Shown here piece after piece: positions 17,926-33,246 of a stretch of DNA of 64,000 nt. A program made the position numbers and the translations under genes. Positions within the stretch are counted from its first letter, which is position 1. Each line of letters starts with the position of its first letter. The notes below the pieces were generated by a model. The model saw only the letters and a list, made by a program, of their open reading frames with translations. It was not told the DNA's origin and made no database searches. The stretch spans positions 92,566,001-92,630,000 of the forward strand of contig OZ024745.1 in assembly GCA_964016885.1 (NCBI GenBank), written 5' to 3'. This stretch comes from Eledone cirrhosa. Lineage: Eukaryota.

Positions 17926-18514
17926 TAATGATACATGACATACCCTGAGATGTTAAATGGTTAAGATTTAATCAAAGTAGTGATTAACCCAGAAGAAAAT
18001 TTTACATATATAGCTTAATTATGAGAAAATGCGAAAACGTAATAAATTCATTAGAGAATGTGTGAGTAAGAAAAAACATTGCTTATTGTAACTGTTCTAA
18101 AGGTTTTAAAATGTATGACACTACGATATATCTAGGAAAACGTCTCATGAATCATAACAGCCAGTGATAGCCACTGCAAAAGGATTTATAAAGAGGGAAA
18201 GTTAAAGGGGGGGGGGGGTGATATATGTAGGAGATTTTTCCCGAAAGTTAAACGGTTAAAATTGGAAAATTTATACTATTAGGGTGAAGACGTACTGTTG
18301 TACATCCGAAATATGTATAATAAAATGTAATTGATCAAAAGAACATCTATTTTATTAATATTTATATTTTAATATATATATATCTGTATATGTAAATATA
18401 TATATAAATATATGTATGTATATATATATATAAATATATGTATGTATATATATATATAAATATATGTATGTATATATATAGATATATATGTATGTATATA
18501 TATATAAATATATG

Positions 18515-18565
<51 letters not shown>

Positions 18566-18592
18566 GTATATGTATATATATATATATATCTG

Positions 18593-18623
<31 letters not shown>

Positions 18624-18626
18624 CTG

Positions 18627-18669
<43 letters not shown>

Positions 18670-18917
18670 ATATATATCTATATATATATCTGTATATATA
18701 TATATATATATCTGTATATATATATATATATATATCATCATTATCATCATCATTTTACGTCCGCCTTTCCCTGCTTGCAAGGGTGGGACGGGTCTTATTC
18801 AGCACAGCATCTCTCCACTCGTCACACTCCCTCGTCATCTCCATCCACCGTGAGCTTCAATGATCTGAGGTCTGTTCTCACCACCTCCGCCCATATATAT
18901 ATATACATATATATATA

Positions 18918-21120
18918 GTAATAATAATAATAAATTTGAAGACTAAAATCCAAAGAGGGCTCGATAAGGATAAATATATATCAGATATATAAGAACCGTA
19001 GAGCAAATATTTATTAAAATAACAGATTAAAGTTTAAGCAAATCACTGCTTTCACCCTTAACGGGATCTTCTGAAACTAAAAGAGTCAATCTGTGAACGC
19101 AGAAGTAAATATTTCAAAAAATGTTGCACCTGAATGAAGACAGGAAGACGATACTTTGGTTTGTGGAAAAACAAAGATTATACGTCTTAATGTGGAGCAA
19201 TGAGAAAAATTACACGCAAAGACAAAAACACGTAAATGGTATAGCTGAATTCGTAGACTAAAATACTAACTAGGAAACTGAATGATTCTCGGCTTCAGAG
19301 TTAAGAATAAAGTAAATAAAATACAGAGGTAATTGAAATTAAATAAATACATACACGCATCCAAATACGTACATACACAACCATACGCGAAATACTCGCC
19401 ATAGGTATACAAATACAAACACGTACATACAGAAACCACGCAACGCATGTACCCGCACGCATACACCAAATACACATAAAAATATATATAAAACCATATA
19501 TACATATACATGTGTGTGTGTGTGTGCATGTATACATAATTAAATAAACGTATATAAATATACACACATAAATACGTATATAACACGTGTACACTCACAC
19601 CTTCATGTAAGTACACATATGTTCGCGGATGTACGTCAACCAAAACACAAATTACACACACCTTACATACGTACGAACCCGCATACTCACACAGGCACAA
19701 AACTACACATAACCAAATGTACCAGTATATATAATATAATATATACACCTATAACATATACAAGCAATTATACGTACGAGAAAGTATACGTACCTTCACA
19801 AAACATACAGATAATATATACTTACCTACACAAATAAGTAATGGTATAAACATAATATATACTTAGCTATCACATCAAGACATAAAATATCCGTGTATAG
19901 TTTGTACTATCCGTTAGGGTATAATGTGGGGCTGTAATACAGGAAAGTTTTGTGCAATTTATGTTTACAAGCCAAAATTGCCTCAGATTTTTTGTTTAAG
20001 ATGTGGTCTTTGGCGTAAAGTATTTCCAGGGCCTCAGTGGCGCAGAAGTCACATGGTCTTTTATTTCCGTTATACGATCGAGCCTTAGCTAGGATCTCCC
20101 AGTGTAACTTATATTGGGTGTGGTTGTCTTTTAGACTCCAGATATAAGCTGAAAGTGACGTCATATTGCTTCTTAAAGGGTTAAGAAAAGAATGGGTATG
20201 CATGTCAAGACGCTGCCTGAATCTATTGGCGGTTAACCCTATGTAGGCCCTACAGGACGTGGGTGTTTCAACCTTACATTTGTAGACAATGTTACTAGAG
20301 AGGCATTTCCCGGATAGAGGGCAGTCAACCCGATTCCTACACTTACAGTTAGTACTAGCTACAGGGTTGCACGTGTTCCTACGGCTAAGTAATTTAGCTA
20401 AATTTGAAGCTGTGATGTTATGTGCAAGGTTAGGAGTTGTAGAGTAAGAAATTTTAATGGTATTTCTATTAAAAATTTTACTATATTTATGTGCTGGGGG
20501 GAAATGCTTCTTAATAAGGGAGAGAAAGATCTTAGCTAATGGCGTGGCCACCTCCATATTATATGGTGGGTTATACCATATAATGCGTCGGGATCTATTT
20601 TTCCTAGGTCTATTCTCGTACTCTGTATAAGCTACCTTATCGACAAATCCACTCCGAGCAAGAGCTTCATTGTAATATGTGGAATGGTCGTTGAAAATAT
20701 GCTCGTTAATAGATAGACGGGAAAGCCTCAAAGAAATGTTTCTTACCAGGTTCGTGGTTATGCTGGCAGGAAGGTTAGAATGCTTACTTATGTAATTAAG
20801 CGTATCATCCGGCTTTCTATATGGGTAATACAAGCCATTTGATAAATCGAGGGTAATGTTGAGGTAATTAACGACCAAGAAGTTGGCCTCAACCTGTATG
20901 AAGAGGTTGAAGCCTTTAAAGAAGGCTGTGAGTTCTTTTCTGAACCTCGCAACGTTTCCACAAACCAAAGTATCATCTTCCTGTCTTCCTTCGACTGCAA
21001 CATTTTTTTGAAATATTTACTTCTGCGTTCGCAGATTGACTTTTTTAGTTTCAGAAGATCCCTTTAAGGGTGAAAGCAGCGATTATTTGCTTACACTTTA
21101 ATCTGTTATTTTAATAAATA
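18918..21120 (-). mobile_element. Penelope-like retroelement, 5'-truncated, with inverted pseudo-LTRs
   Basis: Contains an RT C-terminus/GIY-YIG ORF. About 160-bp inverted repeats at 19008-19169 and 20955-21120. Both ends abut (TA)n tracts. Confidence 0.88.
19907..20954 (-). CDS. PLE polyprotein C-terminal part (RT thumb, Cys linker, GIY-YIG endonuclease)
   Basis: Motifs VNYLNITLDL, PYRKP, IIWYNPPY, CKCRNRVDCPLSGKC, IVYKC...YIGLTANRFRQR..H, CDFCATE. The first codons of the tracked ORF (to 20968) come from the inverted repeat. Confidence 0.88.
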
Positions 21121-21363
21121 TATATATATAAATATATATATACACATATATATATATAAATATATATATACATATATAAATATATATATATACATATATA
21201 TATGTATATATATATATACATATATATGTATATATATATATATATATAAATATATGTATATACATATAAATATATGTATATACATATATATATACATATA
21301 TAAATATATGTATATATATAAATATATGTATATACATATATATATATAAATATATGTATATAC

Positions 21364-21396
<33 letters not shown>

Positions 21397-21919
21397 AATA
21401 TATGTATATATAAATATATGTATATACATATATATATATAAATATATGTATATAGATATATATATAAATATATATAAATACATATATATATATATATATA
21501 AATATATGTATATACATATATATATAAATATATATAAATATATGTATATACATATATATATAAATATATATAAATATATGTATATATATATATATAAATA
21601 TATATATAAATATATGTATATATATATATAAATATATATATAAATATATGTATATATGTATATATATATATACATATATATATACATATATATCATGATA
21701 AATTAACCGAGGCATAGGCCCTCGCTATTCCTTGTAAATAATGTGCTCAAAGGAGAAGAGATCCTGAGCTCTTTAAAATACAATATGTTGGAAAGGTAAC
21801 ACACCAGAGAGAGATATCTCTCTGGTGTGTTACCTTTTCAACATATTATATACATATATAGAAATATATATATATATAAATACATATAAATATATGTATA
21901 TATATATATACAAATATAT

Positions 21920-22720
21920 GTATCTCCACCTTTCACACCTACCCACCCTCTCCCCTGTCCACCGCACCTCAGCACACACAGACTTTCTCCACCTGCCATT
22001 CTCCTCTACTGCTGCTATGCCTTGACCCCCTGACCACTTCCGACCAACACAACCACGGATTATACACCATTGGCCATCGTTCCCACTAACTACTCCCTCA
22101 CATGGAAAATATCTGGCATCTCTTCACACTATCGACGGAATTACCTTAGGAACTTACCCACGGACATACACTAAAAAAATTTTTTTAGAACCCAGCCACC
22201 TACATCCACAAAACGTATAAGCACCACACACACATGTATACCCCCACATATATACACACTCAGCCTCCGGAATCTTCTCCCCCACTCCTCTGACCCTCCC
22301 CATCCACACACACCGACCTACACCCCACCCCACGCACACACCTTTTCCTGAACATGGAACCTCGTTCTTCCCCCAACTCTCACATTCACATACACCACCT
22401 TCAGCCCCCCCCCCCCCCCCCCCCCGCCTCCCTCTCCTCACCCCACTACGCCTACACCCTTCCACCACTTGTTTATCTTCATGTTTATTTTTATTTTTTA
22501 AATTTTTTATTTGTACCCCATCCACTGTACCCCCCCCCCACTCTTTTTCTAAATGTCTCTCCTCCACTACCGTACACACCCTCGGAACTCTCTTGCCACC
22601 CACTTTTCGCCTGAAGAAAGGCTTATGCCCGAAACGTCGTTCCCCACCCCACTCTCAGGAGTGTGAAACTAATAAACCTTTGTTCGTACTGCCTCTCTGT
22701 TTTGTTCCCGTTCCATTTTT
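21920..22720 (+). mobile_element. Probable Penelope-like element 3' remnant with hammerhead motif
   Basis: C-rich island between (TA)n tracts. Contains CTGAAGA-aaggcttatgccc-GAAA-CG-TC (22611-22638) followed by AATAAA, typical of PLE termini. No intact ORF. Confidence 0.55.
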
Positions 22721-22740
22721 CACTATATATATATATATAC

Positions 22741-22824
<84 letters not shown>

Positions 22825-22903
22825 GTATGTATGTATATATATATGTATGTATATATATATATGTGTGTATATATATATATGTGTATATATATATATATGT
22901 ATA

Positions 22904-22944
<41 letters not shown>

Positions 22945-22954
22945 ATATATATAT

Positions 22955-23022
<68 letters not shown>

Positions 23023-23162
23023 GTATGTATGTATATATACACATATATATATATATATGTATGTATGTATATATACACATATATATATATATATATGTAT
23101 GTATGTATATATATACATATATATATATATGTATGTATGTATATATATACATATATATATAC

Positions 23163-23195
<33 letters not shown>

Positions 23196-23590
23196 CATAC
23201 ATACATATATACATACATATATATATATACATACATATATATATATACATACATATATATATATATATACATACATACATACATATATACATACATATAT
23301 ATACATATACATATATATATATACATATATATACATACATATATATATATACATATATATATATACATATATATATACATATATATATACATATATATAT
23401 ACATATATATATATATACATACATATATACATATATATATACATATATATATATATACATACATATATATATATATATACATATATATACATACATATAT
23501 ATATACATACATATATATATATATACATATATATACATACATATATATATATATACATATATATACATACATATATATATATATACATAG

Positions 23591-23645
<55 letters not shown>

Positions 23646-23651
23646 CATACA

Positions 23652-23685
<34 letters not shown>

Positions 23686-23715
23686 CATACATATATATAT
23701 ACATATATACATACA

Positions 23716-23749
<34 letters not shown>

Positions 23750-23918
23750 CATACATATATATATACATACATATATATATATATACATACATATATATAT
23801 ATATACATACATATATATATACATACATATATATATATATACATACATATATATATATATACATATACATATATACATATATATACATACATATATATAT
23901 ATATACATATATATATAC

Positions 23919-23951
<33 letters not shown>

Positions 23952-23972
23952 CATACATATATATATACATAC

Positions 23973-24019
<47 letters not shown>

Positions 24020-24035
24020 CATATATACATATATA

Positions 24036-24066
<31 letters not shown>

Positions 24067-24193
24067 TATCATCACCGTTTAACATCCATTTTTCCACGCT
24101 ACCATGGGTTAGACGAACACACAACATTTGCTAATGTTAAAAGATGCCAAAGTCAATAAAAATTTGAAAAAGAGCGAGAACTTTCTACCCAAC

Positions 24194-24276
<83 letters not shown>

Positions 24277-24994
24277 TATGGGGTTAAGAGAACAAGGATG
24301 TGCAGATCACATTATGGCCTTTCAGTTGTGAAGCAGATAAAAAGAAGTGCTCAACAACCTGTATAAATGGTGCAAGACAGAGTGTTATATATTAATAAAA
24401 GATCGGAGGCTATATTCAGTTGATTCAGGTTTATTTAAAACTCCATTAAACCTGCATCAACTGAATATGGCCTCTGATCCTTTATTAATATATATATATA
24501 TTCATTTTATTATGGAAATTACTTCTACAAGACTAGAACTGTTTCACTTTTAAGAAATCATCGAAGATTTCTTACAAATGAAACAGCTCTAGTTCTGTAG
24601 AAGTCATTTCATTATAAAATGAACATACCATACTCTACTAACATATTGAGTACCTTCTTTGACAGTGGTCACCTCCCAATTTACATCGGGATCCAACATC
24701 TTATATTGAAGCAAGCCAGAAGAATTCTACAGGGCTGGAATCATATGCCATCTTTAACGATGGCAGATGGTAATTGTGGTATTGTGATTTCGTAAACCTA
24801 TTATATATATATAGATATTGATCTTGGGAATTTTACCCGCCCTAGATAGATAGATAGTTAGATAAATATATATATATTATATGCTAATAAGTTCATGAAA
24901 TCACAATACTATGAAGTGTTTCTCACATGCAATATATATCATATATAAATAAATATGTATCTATGTATATATATTTATCATTTATGTGTGTGTG

Positions 24995-25046
<52 letters not shown>

Positions 25047-25120
25047 TTTATTTATTTTTATATATATCATACATAAATATATGTATTTGTGTGTGTGTGT
25101 GTATGAATATATATATACAA

Positions 25121-25188
<68 letters not shown>

Positions 25189-26464
25189 GCACACTAAGCT
25201 TCATATGATATGGATAGACTATGGCATAACTGTGACATTGCTCCTCATTCTTGAGAAATGGAATGCATGGAATTTATGAGAATCAGCAGGAACAACACCG
25301 TTATCACAATTGAAGGATGGCTTGCTAGACAAGAAAATTATTTAACAATGAGAAGCAAGTGATATAAATATCTGGCAATGAGAGACAAAGAGAAGTCTAG
25401 TAAATTTTTCAGAATTTTTCAGCCTTTTCGTAAAAAGATGACCCTCAGTGTATTACAGATAATCAGAAATTATTTGAGTAAAAAAAAAAAAAAAAAAAAA
25501 AGAGTAAAATGTGTATATTTCTGAATTGATATAAACGTTAATGAGAAGCAGAAGATTAGATTATAACAACAACAAAGAGAAATTTGTGAAATATTCCAGA
25601 AATAAAAATAATAGTTATTTAAAAGGTAAAGAAATTATCAAGGAAGATCATCATGAAAAGAAAAAAAGATTTATCCCCACAAATCTATTCAATGTGACTG
25701 CTAGATCATATTAAACAATTAGAACAAATGAAGCAATACTCAGATATAGAGGAAACAGGACTTAAAATAAAGAACCTGACACAGTGCAATACCACTCCCA
25801 AATAACACTTAACCTTCCAAAGAATGAAATGTACTCTATTTCAATTAATTAATGAAAAATTTTGAGGAATTTACTGCCAGAAGATAAAATGTTCTGTTAA
25901 TAGAAGTTACACAAATTGATAGTAGCTACATATATATATAGAATATGGGTGATTATTGATGTCCTATTACTAGCCTTAATATTTTATCAAAGTAATACTT
26001 TGACAAAATATTGAGATTATTAAGAGGAATAGGGCAAGAAGGAATGGTTTAAATCAGGTTTAAAAGATACAAAGAAAGTTACATTTTGCTTTTCTTGAAA
26101 ACGATAGTTTTTTTTTAAACATAGGCATAAGGCTTCAGATATAGTAGTAGTGGTGGTTGTGATGGTGGTGGTTGGGAATACAATTTTATAACACTGATGG
26201 CTTTAGCAAATAGATTAGCAACATAATAAGGTGAAAAAATTACAACCAAGAAATAAACTTGGATCAGAGACATCTTACCCAGCAGAAGCTTGACACAATT
26301 TAACAGCCCATATCATTTCATAGATAAATATTGTTATTTAATATTATTTAAAGACAGATTCTTACATCCACATCTTGCCCTTATTGCACACATCTGGATC
26401 TATCCCCATCTATTATTCCATGTTGGACTGAGTTAGATGAGTTTGAAAATTTTGACATTTTGAC

Positions 26465-26690
26465 ATAGCTTTAGAACCATTACTAAAACTAACCAGTAAT
26501 ATATAGCTTTAGAACTGTTACTAAAATTAACCAGTAATATATAGCTTTAGAACTCTTACTAAAACTAACCAGTAATATATAGCTTTAGAACTATTACTAA
26601 AACTAACCAGTAATATATAGCTTTAAAACTATTACTAAAACCAGCCAGTAATATATAGCTTTAGAACTATTACTAGCCAGGAATATATAT
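26465..26690. repeat. 38-bp minisatellite, about 6 copies
   Basis: Unit ATAGCTTTAGAACTATTACTAAAACTAACCAGTAATAT. Confidence 0.92.
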
Positions 26691-27475
26691 CTTAGTAGCA
26701 TTGTCAGATTCCAAAAATCAGATTATAATTTAGCGATGGACATTTTCAAACAGTTTTAACTCCAGTTTTCATGGGTGAGCATCCTAACACTTATCCATTG
26801 ATTGTCTTTATAATGTTCAAATCTATATAACATTATTATTATATGTATTGGTAGCACGATTGCTTCATGAACCCCACACCACACCCCGCCTAAAAAAAAA
26901 AAAATGTATTGGGAATAGATTCAGATGCTTGTTGTAAAAGGATCAAGGAAAACCGATGTATTTATAACATAGAAAGTAATATCAATGAAATAAATCATGA
27001 TATAACAATCAGGGGGATGAAGGTTAAGTGAGAGAACAAACATTCTTACAAAGAATTACTTGGTTATCTTGGAACACAACACAGCTTTAAAACAAAATAT
27101 GAAAGATGAACCAATAATCACCGGCATATTAGTTCTTACAGGAATGACTGAACTGATTCTGAAGAAAATGTGTGAAAATACAATTAATCTAGGGATCTAT
27201 TTAACTAGGGACCTACCTTACTAGGGATCTACCTAACTGAAAATCAGAAGGGGACCACAATCACTTATAATATTGAGACTCATTATCAAGCACACAGAAA
27301 CATCAATATTTAAAAAAGCTTATACACAGTGCTAATACTACAACTAATAATAATAATAGTAGTAGTAGAACTTGTAGATGTAGTGTAGGTTATAGTAACA
27401 GTACCAAAAGGTGTCTTCAGTTGAAGAAAGGAAAAAAAAACCCATCTATTTGGAATGGGATCTGTTCAGCAGCAT

Positions 27476-27522
<47 letters not shown>

Positions 27523-27579
27523 TATACATATATATATATATACATATATATATATATTATACATATATATATATATATT

Positions 27580-27621
<42 letters not shown>

Positions 27622-27715
27622 CATTATATATATATATATATTATACATATATATATATATATATATATTATACATTATACATATATATATACATATATAT
27701 ATATATATATTATAC

Positions 27716-27746
<31 letters not shown>

Positions 27747-27785
27747 ATGTATAATATATATATATATATATTATATATATATATA

Positions 27786-27831
<46 letters not shown>

Positions 27832-27922
27832 ATATATACTTATATATATATGTATATATTATACATATATATATATATATGTATATATAATATATACTTA
27901 TATATATATGTATATATTATAC

Positions 27923-27962
<40 letters not shown>

Positions 27963-28592
27963 TATACATTATATACACATATATATTATACATTATATAT
28001 ACATATATATATATACACATTATATATATATATATTATACATTATATATACATATATATATATACACATATATATATATATTATACATTATATCTACATA
28101 TATATATACACATATATATATATATTATACATTATATCTACATATATATATACACATATATATATATATTATACATTATATCTACATATTATATATATAT
28201 TATACATATTATATATATATACATATATATATATACATTATACATTATATATACACATATATATTATACATTATATATGCATATTATATATATATATACA
28301 TATATATATTATACATTAATATATATACATATTATATATATATATATACATATATATATTATACATTAATATATATACATATTATATATATATACATATA
28401 TATATTATACATTAATATATATACATATTATATATATATATATACATATATATATTATACATTAATATATATACATATTATATATATATACATATATATA
28501 TTATACATTAATATATATATATATATATTATATATATATATATATAATACATTATATATATATATATATATTATACATTATATATATATATT

Positions 28593-28630
<38 letters not shown>

Positions 28631-29253
28631 TAGAAAAGTAATAAAAGTTTGTATTTTGTAAATCCATAATACCTTCAGATATGTTTTCAGGAATTCCTTA
28701 ACAATTTAAAATAAAACTTAAGAATAAACAGGATGTAAATAGAAGTGATGTGTGTGAAACAAAAAAAAAAAAAAAAAAAAATTACAACAATAAATTGAAA
28801 GGGTCACAGGGGACAAATATTCTGCATTCTTTAAAAAATAATTTGTCAAGATGGTAAAAAATGAAAGTGATTTTCTTTTTTTTTTTTTTCTTTTCTATTT
28901 TCATCTTATGAATCTGTTAAAATTACACTGAATGAGAATTGTTATTAAAGCAAACCATTATTATATTGAGTGTGGAGTGTTACTTCATTAAACATGGCGG
29001 CAGGATTCCTGCCAAGCAATGACAGACAGAAATACACAAATATATTGGGAAAGAAAATGAAAAAAAGTTTTTCATCCCCCCCCTAATTTCAGTAAGCTAT
29101 TATTATGAGTGCAGACAATTCCAAAATAAAGGCCCATCTTCTATTAAAAAATACATAAAATTAAAATAAATAACAAAAAAAAAAAAAATGGTTCTCACTT
29201 AATTCAACAATTACATTTTTTTTTAAAAATAAATTAAAATAAATAAAATAATG

Positions 29254-29707
29254 ATTTCTACTAATAGGCACAAGGCCAACAATTTTTTGGAGAGAGGGGA
29301 AAGTCGATTAAAGCAATCCCAGTGTATCACTGGTACTTTATTTTATCCACTCTGTAAGGGTGAAAGGCAAAGCTAACCTTGGCAAGATTTGAATTCAGAA
29401 CGTAAAGGGCCGAAACTATGCCGCAAAGCATAATGCCCGACGCTCTACCAATTACTGCCAATCCACCACCCTAAGAATAATAATGATAACTGTTTCTACT
29501 TTAGGCACAAGGCCAGCAATTTGAAGGGGAGGGGGAAAGTCGATTAAATCGACCCCAGTGCTTTACTGGTACTTATTTTATCGACCCCGTAAGGATGAAA
29601 GGTAAAGCTAACCGTGACAGGATTTGAATTCAGGACCTAAAGGGACGTAACTCTATGCCGCGAAGCATAGTGTCTGACGCTCTACCGATTCTGCCAATCC
29701 ACTGCCC
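29254..29707 (-). mobile_element. Two tandem copies of the same SINE (29254-29471, 29491-29707) downstream of the receptor stop
   Basis: Both carry the A/B boxes and the core seen at 2026-2235. Confidence 0.8.
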
Positions 29708-29713
29708 TCAATG

Positions 29714-29745
<32 letters not shown>

Positions 29746-30124
29746 AATAAAAATACTACTAATAAAAAAAAAACAAAAAAAAACATGCTCCAAGACAAGA
29801 TGAAAGAGATTCATCTCCATGATATTTGCATCAACAGCAAACCTAAACGCAACAGCCTGATGGCAGAGATGAACTTCATCAATGCCATTAATATGAACAA
29901 TGGTTTTAACTGTTTTACACATGGAGAGCTAAAGTTCAAATACAAACACAACCACACACATGGAAAAAAGTGTGCAAGAAGATGCATTAACAGCAACTTC
30001 TACCATTCTTTTGTCACTACGGAAACAATCTCAATTAGAGGGGGAGAGGGGGGTGAACGATAAAAAGTATCCAATACAGAGAGAGAGAGCCAAATGATCA
30101 ATTCTAAGAGATGAAAGAATGGAG

Positions 30125-30366
30125 TTAAGTTATCAGATCAAATGTTTCAGCATAAAGGTCATGCTGGAAGTGTATTTGTCCTTTCAGCGATTCCAACATT
30201 TTACGATGCTCAACACCAAGTTCCCGCAAACTGGAGATACTCATTAGCAATCGTGGAAAAAGTCCCACTTCATCAGGGTGAGCAGCATTAATTTCATGCT
30301 GCAAAGCCTGGATTAAAAGTTCTTGAAGCCGGTTAATTTTATCACTACGCTCAAGGCCATGACGAT
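30125..30366 (-). CDS. Nuclear receptor last coding exon: LBD helices 9-12
   Basis: (D)RHGLERSDKINRLQELLIQAL...LFPRLLMSISSLRELGVEHRKMLESLK...DLYAETFDLIT*. Acceptor ctttacag, TAA stop. AF-2-like LYAETF. Confidence 0.95.
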
Positions 30367-30519
30367 CTGTAAAGTAAAGACAATATTGTGTTTTAGTTAT
30401 GTAAATAAATATTTTTATTTCATTTAACATCAGAAACGTTAAGAAAAAAAAAAAGGTTCATAAACATAATCTTGATATTCAACATCAATGAATACAACAA
30501 AATAAAATGCTTCCCTTTA

Positions 30520-30914
30520 TACATATAACGTTGAAATGAAGCAGCCATGTTTTGTTGGATGTGCAATGTAAGTGTGAGAGAAAAGCAGAGCTTGGATGAA
30601 TTGAGAAAGAAACTTGGTTTTAAAGGAATTCAAGGTGGTGTACAGGAGAGTAGACTGTTTTGGTACAGTGGTACAGACATGTGATGCACATGGATGATGA
30701 CAAATGCATGAAGAAGTGCCAGGAAATGCCAGTGGAAGGAAACTGCAGTAGAAGTAGACCAAGAAAGATCTGGACAAAGGTTGTGAGAGCTGACCTCAAA
30801 TCCCTGAGACTCACAGAGGAGATGAGGAAGAAACATGACAAGTGGAGATATGCTGTGGTGAAAAGGACCCGTACAAGCAAGCGTGGAAAAATGGACATAA
30901 AAACGATGATGATG
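30520..30914 (+). mobile_element. Degenerate RTE LINE 3' fragment in the last intron
   Basis: WYRHVMHMDDDKCMKKC...EGNCSRSRPRKIWTKVVRADLK is homologous to the end of the 60-kb RTE. Ends in GATGATGATGA. Confidence 0.8.
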
Positions 30915-32894
30915 AAATTTATAATGGCTAACAGATAATCAGTCATAAATATTTCTATAATGAAACATTATTTTTTTGTCTGAGTACACTGCATTAAAAA
31001 ATTTACCAGGAAACTAGTGGTTTATAAAAGTAAGTACAATAAAGTTCATAAAACACAGAACTAAGTAATTTCCTCATAGTTCAATCATCTTAGTTCTTTG
31101 GGTGTAAGGGAGGTAATCCGAGTGTTCACACGATATTTTACTGATGTAATGATTCTCAATGAAATCAGATAATAGCAGACGTGAATACAGAAATCTACAA
31201 GATACAATTTTTAACACTTCCTATTTTTAATTAGTAGCAAACCTGTGCAACATCTCTAAAATTATATAGTTGAACACTTATTTTGAAAAGCATAATAGAA
31301 ATGTATGTAAGAAGTATATTTGTATGTACAAAAGTGAAAATCTTGGATGACAGTCAGAACTGGAGAAATTTGGTCTTATAGAAGAGATGAAGTTAGATTT
31401 AGTCAGGTGAGAGACTACTAAACCTGTTCAACTTATATGAGCATGAAAAAATGGGTATGCAACCGATTGTTGCTGGAATATTTTAGGGAAAAATTGAGTT
31501 AAATGCTGCAATTCCAATAACTGGCTACTGAAAATGAAGGAAGAGTTATCTGCCTTGCCAAGAAACGGCACAATAACTTAGAGAATATTGGATTTTTCTT
31601 CAGTTAAAAAACATTCTCAAATCAACTAAAAGTGTTCAGAAATTTAACTTCAGTTGAACATTTATGTTTATGAAAATGTCGAAACAGATTGGTGGGACTC
31701 TTCAATCTCAGATTTAACACGATTTTATCAAAGACTACTCTACTGAAAGATGTGATGAACATTAACCCTTTCATGACTGTATGTCTAATGAAATATGCTC
31801 TATTTTAATTAATTAATGAAGAATATTGAGGGATTTATTAAAAGTATTAATAATTTCGTTACTAAGACAGTAACTTAATGTAAGGTTCTTATGTAAAATT
31901 ATATTGGAATATTTTAATTTAACTAGGAAACCTTTAAAATGAGTGGTTTTATTTCATAGAACCAAAGTCGGTTTTCGCTGGGCTGGTAACTAAAGGTTAA
32001 CTAATGAAATTCACTCTGTTTCAATGAACAATTTTGAGGGATTTACTAAAATTATCAATAATTTTGCTAACAAAAGGGCTAACTAACTGAGCCAAAGTAA
32101 ATATATAAAAGTAAGAGTATTATTATTTTTTAATATGTTTTTATTACAATATTGTCTAAAGACAACAAACACTTCTGCAAAGAACTCAACAATATTGTAA
32201 GGAAAACATACTAAAAAATGAAGTTTTCCAAATTCAGACATATACTTCAATTGATACAATTCTAACACTTCAACCATGAAGAGTCATACTTTTATTCCAC
32301 TTTGGGAAACTGAAGCAAGTAGAATGGTTTATTCTTCATGTTTCTTACAAGACTTGATAACAGAACATTAACCTCTCAGCAATCATATTTCTCTTTACAA
32401 ATATGAAAAATACTAATGCTTCATAATCTATCTGTATTTGCAGAAGTGAAACATATTTTTCATCACTCACTTCAGAGTCACCCCCACAACACATCACTTG
32501 CTCTCCCACAGTATTGGTGCCACAACAGTTCACCCTGTATGACGTTGTGCTGGTGCCATGACCAAAAAACATCCAGTTCACCCTCTAAGGTTGTCACCCT
32601 GGGGCCCCAACAAAAAGCACCCAGTCCATGCCATGAAAAACGTTCCCAAAATCCACTCTGTAATGTAGTTAACATTAGTAAGACATCCAGCCATATAAAA
32701 CCAAACCCAAATCAGATAGTGTGGGTAAAATGTGGTTACTTAATTTGTCTGGCTTCATAACGTGACAACTCCCCTAACCCATGGAAACAAGGGAAACAGA
32801 TGTTATACAGTTTACTTTGATGGTGAATGTTATTCAAGTTACAGGCCATCAGTTTTGTTGAATTGGCAAATTGTAATCTTAATTAGCAAAAAAA

Positions 32895-33200
32895 AAAAGA
32901 TGAAACATATTGAAGAGTACTCACAGCTGATACAGAGATCACAGCACCGATTCTATGGGCATGTGGTTAAAATGTCTCAGGAAAGGATCACTGGACAGAT
33001 TTTATGGGCAAAACCAACTGGCAGGAGACCCAGGGGTAGACTCCAAGCAAGATGGTTGGATAACATCCATGAGCTTGGCTGGTCTTCTTTGGGGATCCAG
33101 CCAGATCAGTTGGAGACGGTTGCTTCTGACAGGACCAGCTGGAAGGAGTGTTTAAGGACTCTGCCCCCATGACCCTCTCAGGAATAAGTGGCGAAGAAGA
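32895..33200 (+). mobile_element. Degenerate RTE-type LINE 3' fragment (second family)
   Basis: IQRSQHRFYGHVVKMSQERITGQILWAKPTGRRPRGRLQARWLDNI; ends in GAAGAAGAA. Confidence 0.75.
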
Positions 33201-33246
33201 AAATATTGAAGAAGGAAAATATATAGATAAATATCAGTATGTTTAC

